Part shown: positions 1 through 8,533 of the stretch, piece after piece | Layout of the letters: each line of letters starts with the position of its first letter | Position numbering within the stretch: position 1 is the first letter of the stretch | NCBI GenBank assembly: GCA_040753215.1 | Contig: JBFMEZ010000019.1 | Coordinates: 1-30,912 of the forward strand | Direction of reading: 5' to 3' | Length of the DNA: 30,912 nt | DNA from: Candidatus Micrarchaeota archaeon | Lineage (GTDB): Archaea > Micrarchaeota > Micrarchaeia > Anstonellales > Bilamarchaeaceae | Position numbers and translations under genes: made by a program | Notes under the pieces: generated by a model | Database searches by the model: none | What the model was told of the DNA's origin: nothing | Seen by the model: the letters and a program-made list of their open reading frames with translations, nothing else

Positions 1-46
1 GCATTTACCGTAAACTTTTAAATACCAAAATAACATAATATAACAC

Positions 47-1468
47 ATGCATGCACCCACAACCGCCAGACCCCTTAATGCCCCGGACCTCAGGTTCTGC
101 AGGTCGCCAAAAGACTTGCGGAGGTGGGAGCAATATCTGCGGGACTGGAAAATTTGGGGAAGAGGCGAACCCGAGGCATTAACCCCCGAGAGTTTGCGCT
201 GGCAGCGGGAAACCTTCCGAAGGCGATTTGCCAGTGCAACCGGAAGAACCGCCCTGCCGCCTGCACCGACAATCCGGCTAAGGTATCCCGATAGGATAGT
301 GCAGACAAGGCGCCGCGGGGATTTGTTCAGCATGGGCGGCATCGTCCCGGAAGAAATTGCGGCAAGGATGCTGCACTATGCCCACAGGAATCTTGCGGAT
401 GCTGATGATTTTGAAGTTCAGCGAATGCTCAGGGAACTGATTAGAATTTGTGGAGGCGACATATGCAAGATGGATCACTGGAGCGGGGAAGATGTTGGCG
501 GAGTCCCAACCTTTTCTGGCACGCACTCAAACGAGCTCGCGCTCCAGCTTTCAAGGGACGCCACCGGAAAAAATTCTGTGCTGATGACCAACCTTGCCCA
601 TAGTTCGGTAAGGCGTGCCGCAGAAAAACTAAGAATGAGGGCGATTATTCTTGATGCCGACCCGATAGATTCGCACCCGGGCGCTTCTTTCGGAAGCTTT
701 GCGCTGAATCCCAATCGCTTGGCCGAATCTTTGGAACATTACGGGGACGATATAGCAATAATCGCTATTGCCGCAGGAACAACCGATTTGGGGGTTTGTG
801 AAAAATTTTCCATCCCCCCAGAGTTCCTATCTTCAACTGGCGCCTGGGTCCACGTTGATGCGGCTTACGGGGGCATGGCGCTGGGGCTTCTCGCAAGAGA
901 GGGCGAATACCCGCTGCCACTATACCATGGTTTCGGCCATTGTGCCCGCTCCGTAACCTTTGACCTCCACAAGTTCATAGGCGGCTACGGCTGCAGCCTG
1001 CTTCTTCTCTCAAGCGCAGAGGACGAGAGATTGGGAATGGAAGAAAGAAACTATTTCAGGCGAAGGTTCACAAAGGTAGGGTCATCGATTCCTGCAGATA
1101 AGGTTGCTGCAGCGCTTGCAACGATGAAAGCTTACGGGCTGGATGGACTGAGGCAGATTGCATCCGATTGCCACGCAAAGGCAAAGCTCGTTGCCGAGCG
1201 CCTGGGCGAACACGGAATCCGCACCATTGTCCCAGTGCAGTCTGGGATAGTCTCCATCGCACTGGACTCGCCTCAAGAAGCCAATCATATGGTAAAAGCG
1301 CTTGAGAGGGAAGGATACAGCGTTGCATCAATATGCATCCCCGGAACCGATTCCGAAGGAACGAAATACCAGATAAACGGGATACGCATTACAGTAAGAC
1401 CCGGCATGGATTTGGAAAGGCTCATGGGATTTGCAGATGCTGTTATCCGGATCTGGAGTTTGCAATAG
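47..1468 (+). CDS. Group II PLP-dependent decarboxylase (MfnA/GadB-like), divergent, with about 90-aa N-terminal extension
   Basis: Motifs AHSS, AGTTDLG, HVDAAYGG and SVTFDLHK (PLP lysine); TATA-like TTTTAAATA at 16-24 consistent with a near-leaderless start. Confidence 0.8.
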   Translation: MHAPTTARPLNAPDLRFCRSPKDLRRWEQYLRDWKIWGRGEPEALTPESLRWQRETFRRRFASATGRTALPPAPTIRLRYPDRIVQTRRRGDLFSMGGIVPEEIAARMLHYAHRNLADADDFEVQRMLRELIRICGGDICKMDHWSGEDVGGVPTFSGTHSNELALQLSRDATGKNSVLMTNLAHSSVRRAAEKLRMRAIILDADPIDSHPGASFGSFALNPNRLAESLEHYGDDIAIIAIAAGTTDLGVCEKFSIPPEFLSSTGAWVHVDAAYGGMALGLLAREGEYPLPLYHGFGHCARSVTFDLHKFIGGYGCSLLLLSSAEDERLGMEERNYFRRRFTKVGSSIPADKVAAALATMKAYGLDGLRQIASDCHAKAKLVAERLGEHGIRTIVPVQSGIVSIALDSPQEANHMVKALEREGYSVASICIPGTDSEGTKYQINGIRITVRPGMDLERLMGFADAVIRIWSLQ

Positions 1469-1519
1469 CATACCGCGTTTCGAATAATCTTATATTCCTT
1501 CTTTTAGAAAAATATCGCA

Positions 1520-2734
1520 ATGCTATCTGCACCCAAATCCCAAAGACTCCATATTGCAATAGTCGGAAAAAGAAACTCCGGAAAATCCAGCCTCATAAAC
1601 GCAATCACAAACCAGCAGATTGCAATCGTTTCTCCCGTGCCCGGCACAACCACCGACCCCGTGAGCAAGGCGATGGAAATCCTCCCCATCGGCCCCATCC
1701 TTCTTACAGATACAGCGGGCTTTGATGATGAGGGGGAAGTGGGCTCCCTCCGCGTCGCAAGAACCAGGCTCGCAATCGAGCAGGCAGACATCGCCCTTCT
1801 TGTAATCGATGCTCTTGAAGGCCCTTCCCAGAAGGATGCGGAAACCGCCTCTTTTCTGAGGGAGAGAAAAATCCCTTCCCTCACAGTCCTGAACAAGATA
1901 GATGCATCAACCGCAGAGCAGACAGAAAAATCCACCTCTGCCTGCGCCTCCCTTGGCTTCACCGTAATCCCAGCCTCCGCAAAAACAAGGAAAAACATCC
2001 CGGCCCTTCTCGATGCAATAGTCTCCCTCGGCCCGCTGGAGCCCACCCCGCCCACCATCCTCGGCGACCTCTTCTCCCCCGGAGACACAATAATCCTCAA
2101 CTGCCCCATAGATTCCTCTGCTCCAAAAGGCCGCATCATTCTCCCCCAGGTAAATGCAATACGCGACGTTCTCGACCACGGGGGAAAGGCAATCGTAGTC
2201 CAGACCGAAGAAATCCGCAGCACCCTCCAGTCCCTCTCTAAACCCCCCGCCCTTGTTGTGACCGATTCCCAGGCATTCGAGGAAGCGGCGAAGGCCACTC
2301 CCGGGGAAATCCCCTTCACCTCCTTCTCCATCCTCTTCGCCCGCTACCTCTCCGACATCCACACATACCTCGAAGGAATACGCACCGTCGATTCCCTCAA
2401 GCCCGGAGACAAGGTATTAATCGCGGAAAGCTGCACCCACAGAAGATGCGAAGAGGATATAGGGATGGTAAAGATCCCCAACTGGCTGAACAATTATGTT
2501 GGCGGAAAGCTGGAGTATTCCTGGTCCTCCGGCTACATCTTCCCAGAAGATATAAGCTCCTACAAACTAATAATCCACTGCGGAGGCTGCATGGCGAACA
2601 GGCGCGAGCTACTCTACCGCGTCCGCAAATCCAAAGAGCTCGGCATCCCCATCACCAATTACGGAATCCTCATCGCAAAGCTTCATGGCCTCCTGGAAAG
2701 GGCGATAAAGCCACTTCATCTCAGCTGCCCATAA
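1520..2734 (+). CDS. hydF: [FeFe]-hydrogenase H-cluster maturation GTPase HydF
   Basis: GTPase motifs GKRNSGKSS, PGTTTDPV, DTAG, NKID; APKGRIILPQ; VTDSQAF; Fe-S ligands ESCTH...IIHCGGCM; C-terminal ITNYG. Confidence 0.93.
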   Translation: MLSAPKSQRLHIAIVGKRNSGKSSLINAITNQQIAIVSPVPGTTTDPVSKAMEILPIGPILLTDTAGFDDEGEVGSLRVARTRLAIEQADIALLVIDALEGPSQKDAETASFLRERKIPSLTVLNKIDASTAEQTEKSTSACASLGFTVIPASAKTRKNIPALLDAIVSLGPLEPTPPTILGDLFSPGDTIILNCPIDSSAPKGRIILPQVNAIRDVLDHGGKAIVVQTEEIRSTLQSLSKPPALVVTDSQAFEEAAKATPGEIPFTSFSILFARYLSDIHTYLEGIRTVDSLKPGDKVLIAESCTHRRCEEDIGMVKIPNWLNNYVGGKLEYSWSSGYIFPEDISSYKLIIHCGGCMANRRELLYRVRKSKELGIPITNYGILIAKLHGLLERAIKPLHLSCP

Positions 2735-3333
2735 AAAGAGAGCATATTAATCCCGAAAACCGCAACCAATAAAATGCTCCACAAAAGAAGCGCACTCTTC
2801 GCAGTTGAATGCATCTCTCCTATCTCCCTCTCCGTATCTGCGAGCCCCTCCCCCGCATCCCTCATCTCCTCCCCAATCCGTGCAAGGCTTGCAGATGCTT
2901 CCGCAGCAGATCCCTGCATCCGCGCCGCCAATTCCCCGGCCTGCGCAAGGTTTGCTGCGCTCTCCCTCATGTCCCCCGCAGTCCGCCTCAGCCCGGCGAC
3001 CGCATCCCCCGGCATGAGCGGTATGAGCGCCAATCCATCCGCAAGGCTCCCCACCGCGCTCCCCATCCCGTCCAGCATCTCCGCGGAAGAGCCCAGGGTT
3101 TCCGAACTATTGCCCGCAAAGGAGGAGAATGCCCCGGCGCCCCCTTCGGTTGCCGCAACGACATCTTCCGCATCCGCAAGAATTTCTTCCACGCTCCGCA
3201 CCTGTGAAATTGCGCTCCCCCGCATGGAGTCCAGAAGCCCGGCGAGAGTAAGATAGAACCATAAAGTGACCAGTATCCCGGTCGCACCGGCGAAAATCCC
3301 CAGATACGGGACCGTTTTTCCAGCACTTTCCAT
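2716..3333 (-). CDS. Hypothetical membrane protein, two terminal TM helices flanking an Ala/Ser/Glu-rich helical region
   Basis: Hydrophobic segments at both ends; fills the gap between hydF and csp. Confidence 0.7.
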   Translation of the reverse strand: MESAGKTVPYLGIFAGATGILVTLWFYLTLAGLLDSMRGSAISQVRSVEEILADAEDVVAATEGGAGAFSSFAGNSSETLGSSAEMLDGMGSAVGSLADGLALIPLMPGDAVAGLRRTAGDMRESAANLAQAGELAARMQGSAAEASASLARIGEEMRDAGEGLADTEREIGEMHSTAKSALLLWSILLVAVFGINMLSFYGQLR

Positions 3334-3397
3334 GGAAACACGTCCCTGAATAGCCTTTTATATGCTCCCTTACAAATCCAGTGCAGAGGTAATCGGA

Positions 3398-3595
3398 ATG
3401 GAAGGCAAAGTGAAATTCTATAACGTAAGCAAGAGGTTCGGCTTCATAGCCGGCGACGACGGGACGGACTATTTCGTCCACCAGAGCGGCATCGCGCCCG
3501 GCACCCGCCTCAACGAGGGGGACAGGGTCTCGTTTGATGTCGTGCAGGGCGAGAGGGGCCCGAAGGCAGAGAACGTAAAGAAGGTAGAATCCTAG
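3398..3595 (+). CDS. csp: Cold-shock domain protein (CspA family)
   Basis: MEGKVKFYN, RNP1 RFGFI, RNP2 YFVH, GERGPKAENV; RBS GAGGT at 3386-3390 supports ATG 3398; TATA-like TTTTATA at 3356-3362. Confidence 0.95.
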   Translation: MEGKVKFYNVSKRFGFIAGDDGTDYFVHQSGIAPGTRLNEGDRVSFDVVQGERGPKAENVKKVES

Positions 3596-4086
3596 ACCCC
3601 GGCTCCTGCTTTTTCCATAAGAAATTGCAAGCATTCCCTTCTCTTTCCCTTTTTTCTATTCCATTCAGCGGCTATTCTCCTGTACGCGTCTATCTCCTTC
3701 CCGTATTCCGGAGGAATCTCCGTTCCGAAAATGGAAAACATAAGCCTCGGAATCCCCGGGCACATCCTCCCGATCATTTTCCCGGAGGAATTCCTCGGGT
3801 AAGCCCTGCACACATAAGGCGCGATTTTATGTATTGAGCACCTCCCCCATTCCAGGAAATAGCACGGATGGGATTTTATGCACAGGAGGTAATCCTCAGC
3901 GCATCCCGTATCATGGAACTCCAGCACCATCTCATTGTCGTAATTGATTCTCCGTGCGGGCGCAAACCCCGCAAAATCCGAAGCCCTGTATCCGTCCCCT
4001 GCAATCCTCAGCACATCAAAAGCGGTTACGGTGATAAGGTGGTTTTTGCAGCACTCCGCTCCGCAGAGCATGCACGGGCTGGGCAT
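3592..4086 (-). CDS. YkgJ family Cys-cluster (Fe-S/Zn) protein
   Basis: CxxCxxxCC, PCYFL...CSIH..PYVCRAYP pattern. Confidence 0.85.
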   Translation of the reverse strand: MPSPCMLCGAECCKNHLITVTAFDVLRIAGDGYRASDFAGFAPARRINYDNEMVLEFHDTGCAEDYLLCIKSHPCYFLEWGRCSIHKIAPYVCRAYPRNSSGKMIGRMCPGIPRLMFSIFGTEIPPEYGKEIDAYRRIAAEWNRKKGKRRECLQFLMEKAGAGV

Positions 4087-4137
4087 GGCTCCACTTCCAC
4101 TTCCGTATTTTTATTCATTTCCAGGCATAATGCAGGC

Positions 4138-4710
4138 ATGCCCGGGAAAAACGTGCACCGCCCCCTTTTCCGCAACCACAAGAAGCCCGTGGTGTACGTG
4201 ATAGTAATAATGCTGATTCTTTTCCTCTATTCCGCAGGAATTCTCCAGTCCTTCATCCTCTCGCTCCACGAATTCGAATATCCCGGCGCCTTCATTGCAG
4301 GGCTTTTCTACTCCTATGGAATGACCACCCCTTTCGCCATTGCCGTCTTCGCAATGATGGCCGGAAACATGAATCCCTTCCTTCTTGCCGCCCTCGGCGC
4401 TTCCGGCGCGGTGGCAAGCGACCTCCTCATGCTCGGCGCCTTCTCCGGTGAGGTTGGAAAGGAACTCCGTATCACCAGAAAAGTCTCCTTCCGCATTCCG
4501 GAAGCAAAATCCTTCCCTGGCAGGCTCGCACTTTATCTGCTCGGCGGCTTTGTGCTGATGTCCCCGCTTCCCGACGAAGTGGGCGTGGTCATCCTGGGCA
4601 TAAGCCGCATCCAGGCATGGAAATTCGCCGTCCTCTCCTTCGTATCCAAGTTCGCAGGGGTCCTCGCAATCGCTGGAATCTCGCTCTCGCTCGGCATCGC
4701 CACTTCGTAA
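4138..4710 (+). CDS. Multi-pass membrane protein, VTT/DedA-like
   Basis: Several TM segments, GASGAVASD and SPLPDEVG motifs; start placed at ATG 4138 downstream of TATA-like TTTTTATT 4108-4115. Confidence 0.65.
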   Translation: MPGKNVHRPLFRNHKKPVVYVIVIMLILFLYSAGILQSFILSLHEFEYPGAFIAGLFYSYGMTTPFAIAVFAMMAGNMNPFLLAALGASGAVASDLLMLGAFSGEVGKELRITRKVSFRIPEAKSFPGRLALYLLGGFVLMSPLPDEVGVVILGISRIQAWKFAVLSFVSKFAGVLAIAGISLSLGIATS

Positions 4711-4826
4711 TCCCTCCCCGCGCCCTTTCTCCCGGTTTTGCGCTCCCGTAAAAATCCAATTTTATACGTCGGAGCGGGAATATGTTTTTAAGCATATACC
4801 CTTTCGTAATACAATCACGATGCAAA

Positions 4827-5243
4827 ATGGGGTTGATACACCTACATTTGACGGTCAACGCGAAAATAGACCCGGGTTTTTCCCAACTCCCGAAGGAGAA
4901 GGCGCAGGAGTTCGTGAATGAGCTCATGCGCATAACCGGCATGAAGCCTTTGGGACCGTTGAACTGGTCTGACGCAGTTGACCTGGATTTCCCGGGGCAG
5001 AGCTTCGTTCAGATGATTACCACGAGCCACACCTCGCTGCACTTTTTCGCAGACACGAACGAAATCTACTTCGACCTGTACTCCTGCAAGGAGTTCGACC
5101 CCCAGCGCGTGATAGACCACCTGGACAGGACCTTCGGCCTGCGCGAATGGCACGGGATGACGTACAGCCGCGCAACCGGCCAGAAGCCGCACGTGATGAG
5201 GATAGGTTCTGCAAAGAAGGAACTGCTCGTGCTTCGGAACTGA
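4827..5243 (+). CDS. Pyruvoyl-dependent AdoMet decarboxylase family proenzyme (SpeD/SpeH-like; substrate uncertain)
   Basis: G-x-S...ITTSHTSLH (self-cleavage Ser-His) and FDLYSCKEFD; ATG 4827 chosen over 4782. Confidence 0.8.
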   Translation: MGLIHLHLTVNAKIDPGFSQLPKEKAQEFVNELMRITGMKPLGPLNWSDAVDLDFPGQSFVQMITTSHTSLHFFADTNEIYFDLYSCKEFDPQRVIDHLDRTFGLREWHGMTYSRATGQKPHVMRIGSAKKELLVLRN

Positions 5244-5310
5244 ATCCGGCTCCCTTTCTTTTTCCCTTCTTTTCCAAACCCTTTTATTCGGTTTCCCCCA
5301 TATCCCCATT

Positions 5311-5793
5311 ATGGGCTGTACCCGCTGCGGTGCCTGCTGCACCAGTTTCGGCGTCTGCATCATGCCTTCAGACATAGTGCGCATCTCCCTCGCCACCGGC
5401 ATGGAGCCTTCGGAATTCATCGACACCGTGAAGGATTATCCCGATAGGGAGCGCACCGAGCCCGCCCTTCTCATAGATAAGAAGAAGCAAATCCTTGTCC
5501 TGAAGCGAAGCGCGGAGAATGTGTGCTACTTCTACTCCAGCTCCGGATGTAAAATCTACCATTACCGCCCGCTGCTCTGCCGCACCTACCCGTTCAGGAA
5601 AGGCATGGAAAGCATGCGTTCCCGCGCCTGCCCTTCTTCCTGGGTCCCGGAAGGAAAAGAAAAGGAAGAGTATGAGCATGATATAATCCTCTACGACAAG
5701 GAGCTTATTGAATTCCGGAAATTAGCGGAAGAATGGAACTCGGGAGGGGGCGGCACCCTCGCCTCCCTCATAGTGAAGATGATGAGGCCCTGA
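5311..5793 (+). CDS. YkgJ family Cys-cluster protein
   Basis: CTRCGACC, CYFY...CKIYHYRPLLCRTYPF; TATA-like TTTTATT at 5282-5288. Confidence 0.88.
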   Translation: MGCTRCGACCTSFGVCIMPSDIVRISLATGMEPSEFIDTVKDYPDRERTEPALLIDKKKQILVLKRSAENVCYFYSSSGCKIYHYRPLLCRTYPFRKGMESMRSRACPSSWVPEGKEKEEYEHDIILYDKELIEFRKLAEEWNSGGGGTLASLIVKMMRP

Positions 5794-5795
5794 GT

Positions 5796-6233
5796 TCAGG
5801 GCTCTTCCTTAACCGTAATGAACGCAGGCATAGTGACGCTCCTCGCTATCCCTCCCACCTCCCTGAGCCTGTCAACGACCATTTTCCCTATTCCTTCCAA
5901 GCTCTCCCCGCGCACCTTCGCAACCAGGTCCCATTCCCCCGCCAGTATATGCACTTCGGTAACCCCCGGAAGCGCCGCCACCTTTTTCGCAACATCCGCC
6001 TGCTTCACGGCCCCGGGCTCATACCTCATGAGTATGAACGCTGTGAGGGGCCTCCCGGTTTTTTTGTAATCCGGCACAGCCACTATCCTGCTTATCACCC
6101 CTTCTTTCATCATCTTCTGCATCCTGTCGTGCACGGTCACCCGCGGTATGCGCAGCTTCCTGGAAATCCTGCTGGTGCCCTGCCTCCCGTCCTTCCTGAG
6201 TTCCTCAAGTATCATCTCATCCTTTTCGTCCAT
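5796..6233 (-). CDS. Lrp/AsnC family transcriptional regulator
   Basis: MDEKDEMILEELRKDGR HTH, VTVHDRM...GVI, C-terminal GEWDLVAKV effector domain. Confidence 0.93.
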   Translation of the reverse strand: MDEKDEMILEELRKDGRQGTSRISRKLRIPRVTVHDRMQKMMKEGVISRIVAVPDYKKTGRPLTAFILMRYEPGAVKQADVAKKVAALPGVTEVHILAGEWDLVAKVRGESLEGIGKMVVDRLREVGGIARSVTMPAFITVKEEP

Positions 6234-6358
6234 ACGAACACCATTTATACAAAATGTCGGAAAATATTATTAAAACTATGCATTTTTTATCAAATATTCG
6301 GCTTTTTTCCGAAAAATAATTTATACCAGTTCTAAAGTAAACTAATCTGGAGATATGT
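6234..6358. promoter_or_regulatory. AT-rich divergent promoter region between lrp and asnA with candidate operator
   Basis: Palindrome TTCGG-N7-CCGAA at 6297-6313, just upstream of TATA-like TTTATA 6320-6325; RBS GGAGA 6349-6353. Confidence 0.6.
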
Positions 6359-7285
6359 ATGGAACACGTACACAAAGCCATGGAGAAGCTTGCCAGCCCG
6401 AAGCTGCGCGCCGCGGTCAGGATACAGACCACGCTGCTTTCCTCCCTCACAAATCTCATGCGGGAAGAAGGCATGGTCCAGCTGCTCCCCGTCATGGTCT
6501 CCCCCATAACCGACCCCCTCAACCACTCCGTGCTGGAGGGCAGCATAAGGTACGGCTCTACTGAACTCCAGCTAACAAAGAGCATGATCCTGCACAAGCA
6601 GCTCGCCCTCGCCTCAGGCCTTGACGGCATATTCATAGTCTCGCCGAACGTGCGGCTTGAGCTCCCGGAGCGGGGCTCCACCGGCAGGCACCTCCTCGAG
6701 TTTTCCCAGCTTGATTTTGAGCTGCGGGGGAGGAAGATGGGGGAAGTGATGCGCTTCTGCGAGCGCCTCCTCACCCATGCATTCTGCGAAGTCAGGCTGC
6801 ACCACAAAAATGAGCTGGAGCTTTTCGGCAGGGAGCTCCGCATCCCCTCCACCCCGTTCCGCGCATACGATTCGCGGGATTTGGAGAGGGAATACGGCCC
6901 CGGCTGGGAGCGCATAATCTCCTCATCTTCAAAAGACCCCGTCTGGGTGACAAACCACGAAAGGGAGTTCTACGACGCCGAGGAGCCGGGCAGCCCCGGC
7001 ACCTACCGTAACTACGACATAATCTACCCGGAGGGGTTCGGCGAGGGGCTCTCGGGTGCGGAGCGAGAATGGGAATACAGCCGCATCCTTTACAGGATGG
7101 AAAAGAAGGGGATGGACAAGGCGCCCTACGCCCCCTATCTGGAGGCGGCGTGCATGGGAAAGCTGGTCCCCTCCGCAGGAGCGGGCTTCGGGATAGAGAG
7201 GATGCTGAGGTATGTGTGCGGCGCAGCCAGCATAGAAGAGGTTTCGCCTTTCGCCAAGGTTCCGGGGAAGGAAATCGTCTTCTAA
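6359..7285 (+). CDS. asnA: Archaeal-type asparagine synthetase A (AsnRS/AspRS catalytic-domain paralog)
   Basis: SPITDPL, LTKSMILHKQ, SPNVRLE, GRHLLEFSQLDFE, GEGLSGAERE, AGAGFGIER; no anticodon-binding domain. Confidence 0.9.
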   Translation: MEHVHKAMEKLASPKLRAAVRIQTTLLSSLTNLMREEGMVQLLPVMVSPITDPLNHSVLEGSIRYGSTELQLTKSMILHKQLALASGLDGIFIVSPNVRLELPERGSTGRHLLEFSQLDFELRGRKMGEVMRFCERLLTHAFCEVRLHHKNELELFGRELRIPSTPFRAYDSRDLEREYGPGWERIISSSSKDPVWVTNHEREFYDAEEPGSPGTYRNYDIIYPEGFGEGLSGAEREWEYSRILYRMEKKGMDKAPYAPYLEAACMGKLVPSAGAGFGIERMLRYVCGAASIEEVSPFAKVPGKEIVF

Positions 7286-7286
7286 T

Positions 7287-7310
7287 CCATTCCGCCTTCC
7301 TTCCCAGCCT
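7287..7310 (-). repeat. Diverged second copy of the Nudix gene 3' end (reads RLGRKAEW)
   Basis: 20/24 nt identical to 7429-7440 joined to 7495-7506. Confidence 0.7.
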
Positions 7311-7323
7311 TTGCGTCCGCACG

Positions 7324-7401
7324 CCTGACCCGACAAAACCTTACAAAAAACCTGACAAAAAGGAACAATAATCGTAAGGCATTTTGTAAGCAATCGTAAT
7401 G
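7324..7401. repeat. Phased short direct and inverted repeats (CCTKACAAAA-like facing GTAAG-like)
   Basis: CCCGACAAAA 7329, CCTTACAAAA 7339, CCTGACAAAA 7351; GTAAGG 7374, TTTTGTAAG 7382, GTAATG 7396. Confidence 0.55.
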
Positions 7402-7440
7402 CTAATGAGCTACTTATCTTTTCCCGAGCCACTCCGCCTC

Positions 7441-7494
7441 TTCGCTCTCCGCCCCTCTTTCTTGCTATCTCCAGACAACGGGGCGTCGACCGAA
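7441..7494. mobile_element. 54-nt imperfect hairpin insertion near the Nudix 3' end carrying an in-frame TAG
   Basis: Termini TTCG...CGAA, inner CGCCCC/GGGGCG stem; removal restores RLGREAEWLGKR-stop. Confidence 0.6.
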
Positions 7495-7878
7495 CCTTCC
7501 CAATCTCTCTTTTTTCGCTTCTTCCAAAGAAATCCACTTTACTCCCGAATACTCCCCCGAAACCCGCGCGCTCAGATTCTTCGCCGAAGCCCTGAACCCC
7601 AGCGCCGGAATCCATTTCCTCTTTTTCCTGGAGCCGGCATTGTACTTCCCTTCCATCACCGGCTCCTGCACCTGCGCATCTATTGCGGTTTTCCTTAGCA
7701 TCCATTCCTTCAGTTCCGCAACAGGGTTCCTTCCTTTCTCCACCAGCGCGCAGGGCAGCTCGAGGAGCTCCCGCTCCCCCTCCACCCTTTTCAAAAACAG
7801 CACTCTTCCCCCGTCTTCTATGATTGCGCATGCAAGCGCCGAATATTCCGGCGCCTTTGCCAATTTTCTCTCCCTCAT
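7465..7878 (-). CDS. Nudix-fold protein with degenerate Nudix box; C-terminus altered by an insertion
   Basis: ACAIIEDGGRVLFLKR...LELPCALVEKG...KWISLEEA; REUXEE replaced by KEWMLRK. Confidence 0.75.
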   Translation of the reverse strand: MRERKLAKAPEYSALACAIIEDGGRVLFLKRVEGERELLELPCALVEKGRNPVAELKEWMLRKTAIDAQVQEPVMEGKYNAGSRKKRKWIPALGFRASAKNLSARVSGEYSGVKWISLEEAKKERLGRFGRRPVVWR

Positions 7879-8523
7879 TTATCTCCTGCTCTTTGCGTAA
7901 TCTTCCCTGAACTGCGCAATCCCCTTGTCGGTTAATGGATGCCTGAACAGCTTCTCAAACACGTCCGGAGGAATAGTCGCGATGTGCGCCCCTGCCTTAG
8001 CCGCATCCACAACGTGCACAGGGCCCCTCACCGAAGCCACAATGACCTCGGTCTTGAACTCATAATTGCAGAACACCTCCATTATATCATAAATTAGCTG
8101 CATCCCGTCTTCGGAGATGTCGTCCAGCCGCCCCACAAATGGCGAAACATAGGAAGCCCCTGCCTTCGCCGCAAGCAGCGCCTGGTTCACCGAAAACACC
8201 AGCGTAACATTAGTCTTTATCCCCTTCTTCTCCAGAATGCGCACCGCCTTCAGCCCCTCCTTGGTCATGGGCACCTTCACCACAATGTTCTTCGCCCATT
8301 TCGCGAACTCAGTCCCCTCCTTCACAATCTCTTCTGCGCTCTCCCCAATCCCCTCAACGCTCACGGGTCCAGGCACGAGCGCGGCAATTTCCTGCACAAC
8401 TTCCCTCTGCCCCCTTCCCGATTTCATTATAATTGTAGGATTAGTGGTAACCCCATCGCACATCCCCATCTCCACCGCCGCCCTTATCTTCCCAACATCC
8501 GCCGTATCCAGAAAAAATTTCAT
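7879..8523 (-). CDS. tal: Transaldolase (short TalC/FSA family)
   Basis: [21 protein letters not shown] (Schiff-base Lys), [25 protein letters not shown]. Confidence 0.93.
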   Translation of the reverse strand: MKFFLDTADVGKIRAAVEMGMCDGVTTNPTIIMKSGRGQREVVQEIAALVPGPVSVEGIGESAEEIVKEGTEFAKWAKNIVVKVPMTKEGLKAVRILEKKGIKTNVTLVFSVNQALLAAKAGASYVSPFVGRLDDISEDGMQLIYDIMEVFCNYEFKTEVIVASVRGPVHVVDAAKAGAHIATIPPDVFEKLFRHPLTDKGIAQFREDYAKSRR

Positions 8524-8533
8524 ATTCCCACCA

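Noticed and set aside
7441..7494. Canonical archaeal bulge-helix-bulge mRNA intron
   Set aside because: Both flanks are purine-rich on the mRNA strand and cannot pair to form the exon helix; no 3-4-3 motif could be drawn
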